Source: Pseudoxanthomonas sp. (GTDB taxonomy: Bacteria; Pseudomonadota; Gammaproteobacteria; Xanthomonadales; Xanthomonadaceae). Taken from it: a stretch of DNA of 64,000 nucleotides. Shown in pieces: positions 32,707-42,165 of the stretch. Below the pieces are notes generated by a model, which saw only the letters and a list, made by a program, of their open reading frames with translations, had not been told where the DNA came from and searched no databases. The stretch spans positions 23,721-87,720 of the forward strand of contig JAYRTC010000015.1 in NCBI GenBank assembly GCA_041919795.1, read 5' to 3'. A program made the position numbers and the translations under genes. Each line of letters opens with the position of its first letter. Position 1 is the first letter of the stretch.

Positions 32707-35010
32707 CTATTGGACTGGCTGTGCCGCCCAGACGTTGGGCTGGGTGGCTACCGTTAACTGGCTGGATGCAATGGCTGCCTTCCAGACCACATTCGAACTA
32801 CCTGTCCTCCAATGAATATCGGCTCTTCCATCTCCATCAAAATCTCCCGTACCCACCACCTTCCAGTAAGTCGCTACGGAACTGACCGATTGCTGCGTGC
32901 TGGAGTTTCCACTTTTCCAGATCGTATTGTTGCCGCCAGTGTTGCGCCAAAGGATATCGCTCCTGCCATCCCCATCGAAATCGCCTACCCCCGCAACAGA
33001 CCAGTAACTCGGCACTGAAGTTACATTCTGTGGCGTCGAAGCATTTGCGCCTTTCCAGATGACGGCTCCACCCGTGCTGGAATTGCGCCAGAGAATATCC
33101 GCAGTCCCACTGGCATCGAAATCTCCAATGCCAGCGACTGCCCAGGCACTGCTCAGCGAAGCAACAGCCTGCTGGGTCGAAGCGATTCCACTCTTCCAGA
33201 TTACATTCGAGCTGCCATTGCGCCACAGGATATCGGCTCGCCCATCTCCATCGAAATCACCTACGCCAGCAACAAGCCAATAACTGGGCACTGAACTAAT
33301 TAATTGCGCTGAAGTAGCCAGTCCGCCTCTCCAGATTGCATTGGCACTTCCGTTACGCCAGAGGATGTCGGCCTTGCCATCACCACTGAAATCACCCACT
33401 CCAGCAACTTTCCAAGCCGTGGATAGTGAAGATACGTGTTGCGTAGTCAGCGAATTCGCCGCCTTCCAAATAATGTTGTTGCCTGCCGTGTTTCGCCACA
33501 AGATGTCGGACTTTCCATTCCCGTCAAAATCATTGATTGCACCACCAATGAAGGGGACTACCGGGGCACGGAAAGTAGCCGCCACCGGAATCGTCTGATT
33601 CAAGCTCCGCGCATTGTCGGCCTGGTTGGTGACACCGCAAGCCAAGCTGCCGCAAGTAGTGATCAACGGATTGGAGAAAACGCGGTACAGCGTCTGGCCG
33701 TCGTCGCCGTAAGCCATCACGGTGAAGAAGTTGCCCTGCGCCGCCGCGGTCTTGTAGCCGTAGGAATACGGGTAACGGCCGGTGTTGCCGCCAGCGTTGC
33801 CGACATCGTGCGCCGAGCCCATGTTGTGGGCCATCTCATGCGCCATCGTGATGTCTTCGCAGTAATAAGTACTGCCACCCTGGTCGTAGCTGCCTTCACT
33901 GATGACGGAATAGGCGAAAGGCGCATCGCCGGCGATCGTGATGGGCTCCTGGTTCGCACCGAGCAGCCAGGCGATACCGCAACCATTGTTCTCGGATTTG
34001 AAGTCGCGCACCAAGGTCACGAGGTCCGCGCCATAGGTCTCGCGTGCGGCACGCAGCGGTGCAAGGCTGGCCGGCACGGTCACCGGGCCTGTACCGTTGT
34101 TTCCGGTCAACTCATTCAAGGCCGCCCCGTTGTCCGTGTTGTCGGCATAACTCACCTGGAGCGTGCTGACCAGGCGGATCTTGCCGTTGACGTTGCTGTT
34201 GGTCAGCGCCGCATTGGCGGCGGCAACCAGACTGACCAACTTGGTGACTGCGACTGAAGGGCCGCCCAGGCGCGTGGCCAGTCCATTGGAATAGCCTGCG
34301 ACCAGATCGACCGTATTGGCTGCCGGGACTGCCTTGGAGCTCCCGGCCAGCGCTTGCGCCTGGACTTTCCGCATTGCGGATGCAACCAGCGAATCGGCTT
34401 CATGCGAGCCGGAAGCCGCATAGGAAGCAGCGATCCGGGTATCACCACCGGCACGGACTCCCTTGACCAGCCTGGAAACATCGGCCTGCACCAGGTAGGC
34501 GATGCCTCGCTCAGTGGTCAATTGCAAAGACGTGCCATCCGCCTGCGGGATGGAGCCGAACACGGCATGCTCGCCGAAGGTGATGATGGCTTCGCGACCC
34601 GCATCCCCACCGACCACGCGTCCGATCCAGGACCAGTTGCCGTCCGGGCTCTCCTCGTGACGCTGGTAACGGATCTTGATCTGTTCGCCATTCGGACCAG
34701 GCACGGTCATCATGCCGGTGGCTACGCCACGCAGGGCGTGCTCTTCGCTCAGCGCGATGGGGCGAAGGGTGTAAGCGCCCTTGTGCAGGACTGCGGCATC
34801 TTTCTTGTAGCCAAACAGTTCGCCGCGATCAGGGGCGTTGCCCAAGGTGCGCTTGCTGTCGTTCGAATATCCCGAGATGGCTGCGCCGACCCCTGGGCTG
34901 GTGGCCGAAGCCTGACTTCCTTTTTGCGAGTTGCCGGTTTCGGTTTGGTCCTGGCTGGAACAAGCCGCCAGCATGGCCACCAGGGCAAGCGCGCCAAATC
35001 GGATCTTCAT
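32707..35010 (-). CDS. Secreted reprolysin-like (M12B) zinc metalloprotease lipoprotein with six C-terminal FG-GAP/VCBS repeats
   Basis: Lipobox MKIRFGALALVAMLAAC. Zinc motif HEMAHNMGSAHD (HExxHxxGxxHD). Six ~45-aa repeats of GDFDGDGRADILWRN type. GC is markedly lower than the flanks. Confidence 0.8.
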   Translation of the reverse strand: MKIRFGALALVAMLAACSSQDQTETGNSQKGSQASATSPGVGAAISGYSNDSKRTLGNAPDRGELFGYKKDAAVLHKGAYTLRPIALSEEHALRGVATGMMTVPGPNGEQIKIRYQRHEESPDGNWSWIGRVVGGDAGREAIITFGEHAVFGSIPQADGTSLQLTTERGIAYLVQADVSRLVKGVRAGGDTRIAASYAASGSHEADSLVASAMRKVQAQALAGSSKAVPAANTVDLVAGYSNGLATRLGGPSVAVTKLVSLVAAANAALTNSNVNGKIRLVSTLQVSYADNTDNGAALNELTGNNGTGPVTVPASLAPLRAARETYGADLVTLVRDFKSENNGCGIAWLLGANQEPITIAGDAPFAYSVISEGSYDQGGSTYYCEDITMAHEMAHNMGSAHDVGNAGGNTGRYPYSYGYKTAAAQGNFFTVMAYGDDGQTLYRVFSNPLITTCGSLACGVTNQADNARSLNQTIPVAATFRAPVVPFIGGAINDFDGNGKSDILWRNTAGNNIIWKAANSLTTQHVSSLSTAWKVAGVGDFSGDGKADILWRNGSANAIWRGGLATSAQLISSVPSYWLVAGVGDFDGDGRADILWRNGSSNVIWKSGIASTQQAVASLSSAWAVAGIGDFDASGTADILWRNSSTGGAVIWKGANASTPQNVTSVPSYWSVAGVGDFDGDGRSDILWRNTGGNNTIWKSGNSSTQQSVSSVATYWKVVGTGDFDGDGRADIHWRTGSSNVVWKAAIASSQLTVATQPNVWAAQPVQ

Positions 35011-35135
35011 ACGGGATTCCTGAGCAAGTTTCACGGGGGTCAGTTACTTTAACTTAGCTTTGGCCGCCAAAGACCAGCCCAAATCACATCCCACCGCAGA
35101 CCCTGTGGCTGCCTCCCGCCCTGTTTCCCAAGCAT

Positions 35136-35771
35136 TCAGCTGGAAATGGAGAATGGCACCCCGGTTTTCTGCTCCAGTTCCTTCCGATCCACTCCATCCG
35201 CCATTTCGACCAGCTGCAGGCCCTGTTCAGTCACATCGAACACCGCCAGGTCGGTGATGATCCGGTTGACCACCCCCACCCCGGTCAGCGGCAGGTCGCA
35301 TTGCGGCAGGATCTTGTGGCTTCCGTCCTTGGCCACGTGTTCCATCAGCACCACGATCCGCTTGACCCCGGCAACCAGATCCATGGCCCCGCCCATGCCC
35401 TTGACCATCTTGCCCGGGACCATCCAGTTGGCCAGGTCGCCCTGGTCGGTGACCTGCATGGCGCCCAGCACGGCCAGGTCGATATGGCCGCCGCGGATCA
35501 TGGCGAAGGAGTCGTGGCTGCCGAAATAACTGGCACCCTTGCGCGCGGTCACGGTCTGCTTGCCGGCGTTGATCAGATCGGCGTCGAGTTCTTCCTCGGT
35601 CGGGAACGGACCGATGCCCAGCAAGCCATTCTCGGATTGCAGCCACACATCCATACCTTCCGGTATGTAATTGGCGACCATGGTGGGCAGGCCGATGCCC
35701 AGGTTCACATAGGCGCCATCGGTCAGTTCGCGGGCGGCGCGCTGCGCCATCTCGTCACGGGTCCAGGCCAT
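35136..35771 (-). CDS. scoB: 3-oxoacid CoA-transferase subunit B
   Basis: [30 protein letters not shown]...SENG motif. Only the C-terminal half of the 421-aa ORF is real. Confidence 0.92.
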   Translation of the reverse strand: MAWTRDEMAQRAARELTDGAYVNLGIGLPTMVANYIPEGMDVWLQSENGLLGIGPFPTEEELDADLINAGKQTVTARKGASYFGSHDSFAMIRGGHIDLAVLGAMQVTDQGDLANWMVPGKMVKGMGGAMDLVAGVKRIVVLMEHVAKDGSHKILPQCDLPLTGVGVVNRIITDLAVFDVTEQGLQLVEMADGVDRKELEQKTGVPFSISS

Positions 35772-36541
35772 CAGCGTGCTCCTCCATTGATTGCGGCACT
35801 CACGGTGCGGTTCTCGATGCGCTTCTCGGGATGCGGGTTGTGGACCAGCCGATCCACGAAGATGCCGGGGGTGTGGATCTGGTCGGGGTCGAGTTCGCCG
35901 ACCTCGACGATGATCTCGGCCTCGGCGATGCAGACCTTGCCGGCGGTGGCCACGGCCGGATTGAAATTGCGCGCGGTCTTGCGGTAAATCAGGTTGCCGG
36001 CCGTGTCGGCCTTCCACGCCTTGACCAGCGAGATATCCGCCTTCAGCGCGGTTTCCATGACGTAATGATGGCCGTCGAACTCGCGCGTCTCCTTGCCCTC
36101 GGCGACGATGGTGCCGTAGCCGGTGCGGGTGAAGAAGGCCGGAATGCCCGCGCCGCCGGCGCGCAGGCGCTCGGCCAGGGTGCCTTGCGGGTTGAACTCG
36201 AGCTCGAGCTCGCCGGACAGGTACTGGCGCTCGAATTCCTTGTTCTCGCCCACGTAGGACGAAATCATCTTGCGGATCTGGCGGGTGTTCAGCAGCTGGC
36301 CCAGGCCGAAGCCGTCCACGCCGGCGTTGTTGGAAATGGCGGTCAGCCCGGTCACGCCGCTGTCGCGCAAGGCCGCGATCAGGGCCTCGGGGATGCCGCA
36401 CAGGCCGAAACCGCCGACCGCCACGATCTGGCCATTGGCGACGACGCCCTGCAAGGCCGCAGCGGCGCTGGGGTGGAGCTTGCTCTTCGATCCACCGCGC
36501 GCAGGCAGGGAGGCGACCGCATCAACCATGACCGTATCCAT
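35771..36541 (-). CDS. scoA: 3-oxoacid CoA-transferase subunit A
   Basis: [10 protein letters not shown] motif. The stop overlaps the scoB start by 1 nt. Confidence 0.9.
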   Translation of the reverse strand: MDTVMVDAVASLPARGGSKSKLHPSAAAALQGVVANGQIVAVGGFGLCGIPEALIAALRDSGVTGLTAISNNAGVDGFGLGQLLNTRQIRKMISSYVGENKEFERQYLSGELELEFNPQGTLAERLRAGGAGIPAFFTRTGYGTIVAEGKETREFDGHHYVMETALKADISLVKAWKADTAGNLIYRKTARNFNPAVATAGKVCIAEAEIIVEVGELDPDQIHTPGIFVDRLVHNPHPEKRIENRTVSAAINGGAR

Positions 36542-36686
36542 TTCGTGAAGTGTCCTTCATTTTAACCAGCGATCAGCGGCACACACAGGTACTTTCGGCC
36601 AATGCCCGCGGACAGGCTCTTTGGGGAGGGCTTGCATGACTGCCGTTCTCTCTCCGGAAGCCGTAAGCCGGTAGCCGGAGAGCGAC

Positions 36687-36720
36687 GCTTCCGGCTTCCG
36701 GCTTCCGGCTTCCGACTTCC
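36687..36720. repeat. Heptanucleotide microsatellite (GCTTCCG)x4 plus one degenerate unit
   Basis: gcttccg gcttccg gcttccg gcttccg acttcc, in the scoA / ATP-grasp divergent intergenic region. Confidence 0.85.
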
Positions 36721-36787
36721 ACAAGACCTGAAACAGTCCGATAGCCCGGAGGAAGAGAATTCTCCAGAGTTTCCTTAGACTGCAGCC

Positions 36788-37690
36788 ATGAAGAACCTTG
36801 CCCTCGTTACCGCGGTGGCCGCCACGGGCCATGACGATGACCTTGCTCCCTTGCTGCAAGCCTGCGCACGGGCCGGCTTGCAGGCGCGCGCCGTTGCCTG
36901 GGACGATGCCTCCATCGGCTGGCGGCGTTTTGATGCGGCACTTTTGCGCTCGCCCTGGGATTACACCGAACGCCTGGGCGAATTCCTGCGCTGGTGCAAT
37001 CGCGTGGAGGAGTCGACGCAGCTGCTGAATCCTCTGTCAGTGGTGCAGTGGAACACCGACAAGCACTATCTTTCCGACCTGGCCTGCGCCGGCGTGCCGG
37101 TCGTTCCCACGACCTTCGTGGAACCGGAAGCCGAACCCCTGGAAGCCCTGCAGACTTTCCTGTTGCAGCAGTCCGCCGCGGAGTTCGTGGTCAAGCCGGC
37201 GGTCAGCGCCGGCGCGCGCGACACGCAGCGCTATGCGCGAACACAGGAATTCGCGGCCAGCAACCACATCGCCCGATTGCTGGAACAGAACCGGAGCGTG
37301 ATGCTGCAGCCCTATCTGGGTTCGGTGGACCAGGCCGGCGAAACCGCGCTGATCTATTTCGACGGCCAGTTCAGCCACGCGATCCGCAAGGGCGCGCTGC
37401 TGCGAAACGAACCGCCCGCCATCGACGCGCCTTATGCCACTGGCGACATCACCCCGCGCGATGCGGGACCAGACGAGCGCGCGCTTGCCGAGCTCGCCCT
37501 GTCGGCGGTTACCCGACAGCTGCAGCTTGAGCAGCCGCTGCCCTATGCGCGCATCGACCTGATCCGCGACGACCAGGGCTTGCCTTCCCTGCTGGAACTG
37601 GAACTGACCGAACCCTCGCTTTTCTTCGCCCAGGCACCCGGCAGCGTCGACCAGTTCGCGGCGGTCCTCGCCCGCCGACTGGGCAGCTGA
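36788..37690 (+). CDS. ATP-grasp domain protein (RimK-like ligase family)
   Basis: 300 aa. The pattern ...NTDKHYLSDL...VVKPAVSAGARDT...MLQPYL...ETALIYFDG... is typical of the ATP-grasp fold. Confidence 0.72.
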   Translation: MKNLALVTAVAATGHDDDLAPLLQACARAGLQARAVAWDDASIGWRRFDAALLRSPWDYTERLGEFLRWCNRVEESTQLLNPLSVVQWNTDKHYLSDLACAGVPVVPTTFVEPEAEPLEALQTFLLQQSAAEFVVKPAVSAGARDTQRYARTQEFAASNHIARLLEQNRSVMLQPYLGSVDQAGETALIYFDGQFSHAIRKGALLRNEPPAIDAPYATGDITPRDAGPDERALAELALSAVTRQLQLEQPLPYARIDLIRDDQGLPSLLELELTEPSLFFAQAPGSVDQFAAVLARRLGS

Positions 37691-37799
37691 TCCATGCGCA
37701 CTCGCATGGTCGGTCTTCCCCCGGTAAAATCCCCCTCCTGACCTCGGCCAGCCATCGCCTCGCCGGGCCATTCCCCCAGCACCCAGGAATCCCCACAGG

Positions 37800-38546
37800 A
37801 TGAAGATTCTCGTCGCCTACAAGCGCGTGGTGGACTACAACGTCCGCGTCCAGGTCAAGCCGGATGGTTCCGGCGTGGTCACCGAAGGCGTCAAGCTTTC
37901 GGCCAACCCCTTCGATGAAATCGCGCTTGAAGAAGCCCTGCGCCTGCGCGACAAGGGCATCGCCACCGAAGTCATCGTCGCCACCATCGCCCCGGCCGAT
38001 GCCCAGGCGCACCTGCGCAACGGACTGGCCATGGGCGCCAACCGCGCCCTCCATGTGGTCAGCGACAGCCCGATCCAGCCGCTGACCGCCGCCCGCACGC
38101 TGTTGAAGCTGGTGGAAAAGGAACAGCCTGACCTGGTGATCCTGGGCAAGCAGGCGATCGACGACGATTCCAGCCAGACCGGGCAGATGCTGGCCACACT
38201 GTGGGGCCGCCCGCAGGCGACTTTTGCCTCGAAGCTCGACATCGCCGACGGCAAGGCCACGGTGACCCGCGAGGTCGATGCCGGCCTGGAAACGCTGGAA
38301 GTGGACCTGCCGGCCGTGGTCACCACCGACCTGCGCCTCAACGAGCCACGCTTCATCAAGCTGCCGGACATCATGAAGGCCAAGAGCAAGCCGCTGGAAA
38401 GCATCCCTTTCGCCGATCTGGGCGTGGACAGCGGCGACACGCTGAAGACCACCCATTACGCCGCCCCCGCCAAGCGCGGCAAGGGCGTGATGGTCAAGGA
38501 CGCGGCCGAACTGGTCGCCGCCCTCAAGCAAAAAGGCTTGTTGTAG
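37800..38546 (+). CDS. etfB: Electron transfer flavoprotein subunit beta
   Basis: MKILVAYKRVVDYNVRVQVKPDG... with full EtfB collinearity. Confidence 0.95.
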   Translation: MKILVAYKRVVDYNVRVQVKPDGSGVVTEGVKLSANPFDEIALEEALRLRDKGIATEVIVATIAPADAQAHLRNGLAMGANRALHVVSDSPIQPLTAARTLLKLVEKEQPDLVILGKQAIDDDSSQTGQMLATLWGRPQATFASKLDIADGKATVTREVDAGLETLEVDLPAVVTTDLRLNEPRFIKLPDIMKAKSKPLESIPFADLGVDSGDTLKTTHYAAPAKRGKGVMVKDAAELVAALKQKGLL

Positions 38547-38605
38547 GGTGGGCTTGAGCCCACCGCTCTTCAACTTCGATCATGGTGGGCTGAAGCCCAC
38601 CCTAC
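38543..38605. repeat. REP palindrome (GTAGGGTGGGCTTGAGCCCACC variant)
   Basis: gtagggtgggcttgagcccacc ... ggtgggctgaagcccaccctac. Overlaps the etfB stop. Confidence 0.8.
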
Positions 38606-38618
38606 GTGAGACTCCCCC

Positions 38619-39557
38619 GTGAGCAAAGTTCTCGTCATCGCCGAACACCTGGACGGCAAACTCAACGCCGCCACCGCCAAGACCGTCAGCGCCGCGCTGG
38701 CACTGAAGCCCGACTCCATCGACATCGCCGTGCTGGCCGCCGACCCGGCCGCGGTCGCCACCGAGGCCGCGCAGATCACTGGCATCGCCAAGGTGCTGGC
38801 TGTTTCCAACGCCGCCAACACCCATGCCATCGGCCAGGTGCTGGCCCCGCAGATCGCCAAGCTGGCTGAGGGTTACACGCATGTCTTCGGTCCCTCGACC
38901 ACCTTCGGCAAGGACCTGATGCCCTGCGTCGCCGCGCTGCTCGGCACCGCCCAGGTCTCGGACGTGATGGCGGTCGAAGGCAGCCACACCTTCAAGCGTC
39001 CGATCTACGCCGGCAACGCCATCATCACCGTGGAAGCTCCCACCGATCACGTGGTGGTCGCCACCGTGCGCACTGCATCGTGGCCGGAAGCTCCCAAGGG
39101 CGGCAGCGCCACGGTCGAAGCTGTTTCGGTCGACGCCGCCCTGCCTACCCACACCCGCTTCGTCGGCCTGGCCGCCGGCAAGTCCGACCGCCCCGACCTG
39201 CAGAGCGCCAAGCGCGTGGTCTCCGGCGGCCGCGGCGTGGGTTCTGAAGAGAACTTCAAGATCATCTACGCCTTCGCCGACAAGCTCGGCGCCGCCGTCG
39301 GCGCCTCGCGCGCGGCCGTCGATGCCGGCTACTGCCCCAACGAAATGCAGGTCGGCCAGACCGGCAAGATCATCGCCCCGGAGCTCTACGTGGCCATCGG
39401 CATCAGCGGCGCCATCCAGCACCTGACCGGCATCAAGGACGCCGGCACCATCGTCGCGATCAACAAGGATGCGGAAGCGCCGATCTTCGAGATCGCGGAT
39501 ATCGGACTGGTGGGGGATTTGTTCAAGTTGCTGCCAGAACTGGAAGCAGCGCTTTGA
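38619..39557 (+). CDS. etfA: Electron transfer flavoprotein subunit alpha
   Basis: GTG start, [10 protein letters not shown]..., C-terminal FAD-binding [15 protein letters not shown]. Confidence 0.95.
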   Translation: MSKVLVIAEHLDGKLNAATAKTVSAALALKPDSIDIAVLAADPAAVATEAAQITGIAKVLAVSNAANTHAIGQVLAPQIAKLAEGYTHVFGPSTTFGKDLMPCVAALLGTAQVSDVMAVEGSHTFKRPIYAGNAIITVEAPTDHVVVATVRTASWPEAPKGGSATVEAVSVDAALPTHTRFVGLAAGKSDRPDLQSAKRVVSGGRGVGSEENFKIIYAFADKLGAAVGASRAAVDAGYCPNEMQVGQTGKIIAPELYVAIGISGAIQHLTGIKDAGTIVAINKDAEAPIFEIADIGLVGDLFKLLPELEAAL

Positions 39558-39580
39558 CTCCAATCGATACGGAACGAGTA

Positions 39581-40726
39581 ATGGCCCCGCCCAAGATTAA
39601 AATCATGGTCGTTTTCGGTACCCGTCCGGAAGCCATCAAGATGGCACCTCTCGTACATGCGCTTCACGCGCACCCACGGCTCCAGCCCCAGGTCGTGGTA
39701 ACTGCGCAGCATCGGCAGATGCTCGATCAGGTGCTGGAGATCTTCAGGATCGTGCCGGACGCCGACCTCGACATCATGCAGCCTGGCCAGACTTTGCCCG
39801 ACGTAACGGCGAAGATCCTCCAAGGCATGACCCCACTGTTGGCAAGGCTGGAGCCTGCACTTGTACTGGTTCATGGCGACACCTCGACCACCCTGTCTAC
39901 CGCGCTGGCAGCCTTCTACGCACGGGTGCCGATTGGCCACGTTGAAGCCGGCCTGCGCACGGGAGACATGCAGGCGCCCTGGCCGGAGGAGATGAACCGC
40001 CGGCTGACCTCACCCCTCAGCACGATGCACTTTGCGCCGACAGCAGGCTCGCAAGCCAACCTGGTGCGTGAGGGAATCGCCGCAGACAGAATCCACGTCA
40101 CCGGCAATACCGTGATTGACGCGCTGCTGCAGGTCGATGCGCAGTTGAAGTCCGACCAGGCATTACGTGCTTCCATGCAGGCGCGGTTCCCATTCCTCGA
40201 CCCATCAAAGCGCCTGCTGCTGGTCACCGGTCATCGTCGTGAAAACTTCGGCCAGGGCTTCGAGCGCATTTGCAAGGCTTTGGCCAAGATCGCTGAAAGA
40301 GATGACCTCCAGGTCGTCTATCCGGTACACCTGAATCCGAACGTGCAGGAACCGGTGCGCCGGCACCTGTCAGGCCACAACAACGTGCATCTGATCGAGC
40401 CACAGGACTACCTGCCCTTCGTCTACCTCATGCAGCAGGCGCACCTTATCCTTACCGACTCCGGCGGCGTGCAGGAAGAAGCGCCTTCGCTCGGGAAACC
40501 CGTCCTCGTGATGCGCGAGACGACCGAACGGCCCGAAGCGGTCGAGGCAGGCACCGTGCGTCTGGTGGGCACGGACGATACGCGCATCGTCGCCGCTGTG
40601 GAGCAACTATTGGACGACGCCGGGGAATACGCCCGCATGTCGGAAGCGCACAACCCCTACGGCGATGGTCTCGCTTCGCGTCGCATCGCCGAACTCATCG
40701 CCAAGTCGCTCGACGCGGACGCCTGA
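39581..40726 (+). CDS. wecB: UDP-N-acetylglucosamine 2-epimerase (non-hydrolysing)
   Basis: [26 protein letters not shown] and [27 protein letters not shown] motifs. Confidence 0.92.
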   Translation: MAPPKIKIMVVFGTRPEAIKMAPLVHALHAHPRLQPQVVVTAQHRQMLDQVLEIFRIVPDADLDIMQPGQTLPDVTAKILQGMTPLLARLEPALVLVHGDTSTTLSTALAAFYARVPIGHVEAGLRTGDMQAPWPEEMNRRLTSPLSTMHFAPTAGSQANLVREGIAADRIHVTGNTVIDALLQVDAQLKSDQALRASMQARFPFLDPSKRLLLVTGHRRENFGQGFERICKALAKIAERDDLQVVYPVHLNPNVQEPVRRHLSGHNNVHLIEPQDYLPFVYLMQQAHLILTDSGGVQEEAPSLGKPVLVMRETTERPEAVEAGTVRLVGTDDTRIVAAVEQLLDDAGEYARMSEAHNPYGDGLASRRIAELIAKSLDADA

Positions 40727-40735
40727 CGGCACTTG

Positions 40736-41443
40736 TCATTCGCTGCGGGCCAGTGCCTGCAGCGAATGAATGCTGTGCTCGTAGAAGGGTTGCGCATAGT
40801 GGTACGGCGCCTTGCCCCAGCGGCGGTCGGGATCGGCAAAGACCGCGACTTCGGGATACTCAATCGTGCGCAGCGACCAGCGTGTATCTACGGCGTCGTA
40901 AAGCTGCTGGAGCATCGCATTGCTGGCACGGATCCAATGCAGGCTCGAAGCGTCGGAACCGTCCAGGAATTTCTCCGCCCAGTACACGTGATTGAATACA
41001 ACTATCGAAGCATCTACTGTCGCGAGGAGTCATTCGAACCCGGCGATCCACTGCGCCAGGAATTCCTCGCTCCTTGGCCCGATCACAGCGTGTTCGCTGG
41101 GCTCGGCGACCACGCTGCGCAGTTCGCCTGAATGAATTAAGAACGAATCGCCCATTGAAAACAGGTTGAAGCGCTCGTCGATGAAGTCGATGAGCAGCAC
41201 GTCGTGCGGCGTCGACGCGATCGCTGACAACGTGCCCTTGTCGAGGCCATTGGCTCCTATGCGCCACTGGAATGGGCTGAGAATATCGACAGCCGCGACA
41301 CACATCTGCGCGTCGTCGACTTTCCGCGTGTCGATGCTCACCATCGAGTTACGTGCAGGGTAATCTGCGATTTCGAACACTCCCGCATGCCGCAGTGCAT
41401 CCCGGGACACTCAACTCCCGAAGATGAAGACTCGTTGCGTCAT
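40736..41443 (-). pseudogene. DUF6270/SGNH-like gene interrupted by two in-frame TGA codons
   Basis: One continuous frame of 236 codons: MTQRVFIFGS-TGA(41411-41413)-VSRDALRH...AQWIAGFE-TGA(41030-41032)-LLATVDASIVVFNHVYWAEKF...ALARSE. The ATGA overlap with the upstream methyltransferase stop supports 41443 as the native start. Confidence 0.6.
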
Positions 41444-42138
41444 TCGGCTTTCTTCACCCAGAACGCGAAATGGCCGCAAAACGCAAGCTTGCGGAATGCC
41501 GCCTGCTGCACGCTGTGGTTGCCCTCCTTCGCCCACGCGTCTATCTCCTGGTTGATCGGCGACTCCTCGCCGAACCAGCGATTCATCGCAGGGTCGTTGT
41601 TGCGGTACGCACGCGTGATCAGCGTGACGCCGTCGATGCCGGGGCGGATCTCCACCAGCTGCAGGCCCGAGTCGTCCACCAGGCGCTTGAAGCCGAACGG
41701 GGTAAAGTTCCAGAAGCTGTAGGAATGGTAGGGCTCCAGGTGCGACGTCGAACCTATGAACACGCCGCCTGGCTTCAGCACGCGCTTGATGTCGACGAGC
41801 ACCTGTTCCGGGTAGCGGACATGCTCGAACACTTGGCGGCTGTAGACCATGTCGATCGAATCCGCTTCGGCGGGAATGTTCACGCCGTCGTAGGTGCGGA
41901 ATTCGGCGTCGACGCGCGCGCGCGCGTCGACTTCCGGCGAATGTTCGATGTCGACACCGAGCCACCTCGTATGCGGTGCGGCGCGTTTGAACAGATCGAT
42001 GGAGACACCTGAGCCGCATCCAAGGTCAATGACAATGGCTCCAGGGGGAAGTGACGGCGCAAGTTCCAGCGCGTACTGCACTGCACTGTACTGCGCCGCG
42101 CTATTCTTGGGCAGGTAAGGCTTCAGCTCGTTCCACAT
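41440..42138 (-). CDS. Class I SAM-dependent methyltransferase
   Basis: Motif I VIDLGCGSG and post-I/II elements (DMVYSRQVFEHV, LKPGGVF). Confidence 0.85.
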   Translation of the reverse strand: MWNELKPYLPKNSAAQYSAVQYALELAPSLPPGAIVIDLGCGSGVSIDLFKRAAPHTRWLGVDIEHSPEVDARARVDAEFRTYDGVNIPAEADSIDMVYSRQVFEHVRYPEQVLVDIKRVLKPGGVFIGSTSHLEPYHSYSFWNFTPFGFKRLVDDSGLQLVEIRPGIDGVTLITRAYRNNDPAMNRWFGEESPINQEIDAWAKEGNHSVQQAAFRKLAFCGHFAFWVKKAE

Positions 42139-42165
42139 GCACTACTCCATGGCCTGCGTACTAAG

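Noticed and set aside
35136-36401. 421-aa ORF suggesting a fused ScoA/ScoB protein.
   Set aside because: The N-terminal 210 codons are an alternative frame over scoA with Arg/Gly/Pro-rich junk. The real scoA is the 35771..36541 frame, and scoB starts at 35771.
39554-39580. TTG start for wecB overlapping the etfA stop (390-aa ORF-track model).
   Set aside because: The conserved epimerase N-terminus begins at [11 protein letters not shown]. The ATG at 39581 has a better-placed purine-rich RBS. The nine extra codons are probably not translated.
41030-41413. Selenocysteine (UGA recoding) as the explanation for the in-frame TGA codons in the DUF6270-like gene.
   Set aside because: The first TGA sits at a probable Cys position, which is tempting. 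However, there are two TGAs, the second is not at an obvious catalytic site, and I see no convincing SECIS-like hairpin immediately downstream. No sel genes are in the window. Nonsense mutation is the simpler reading, and recoding is kept only as an alternative to test.
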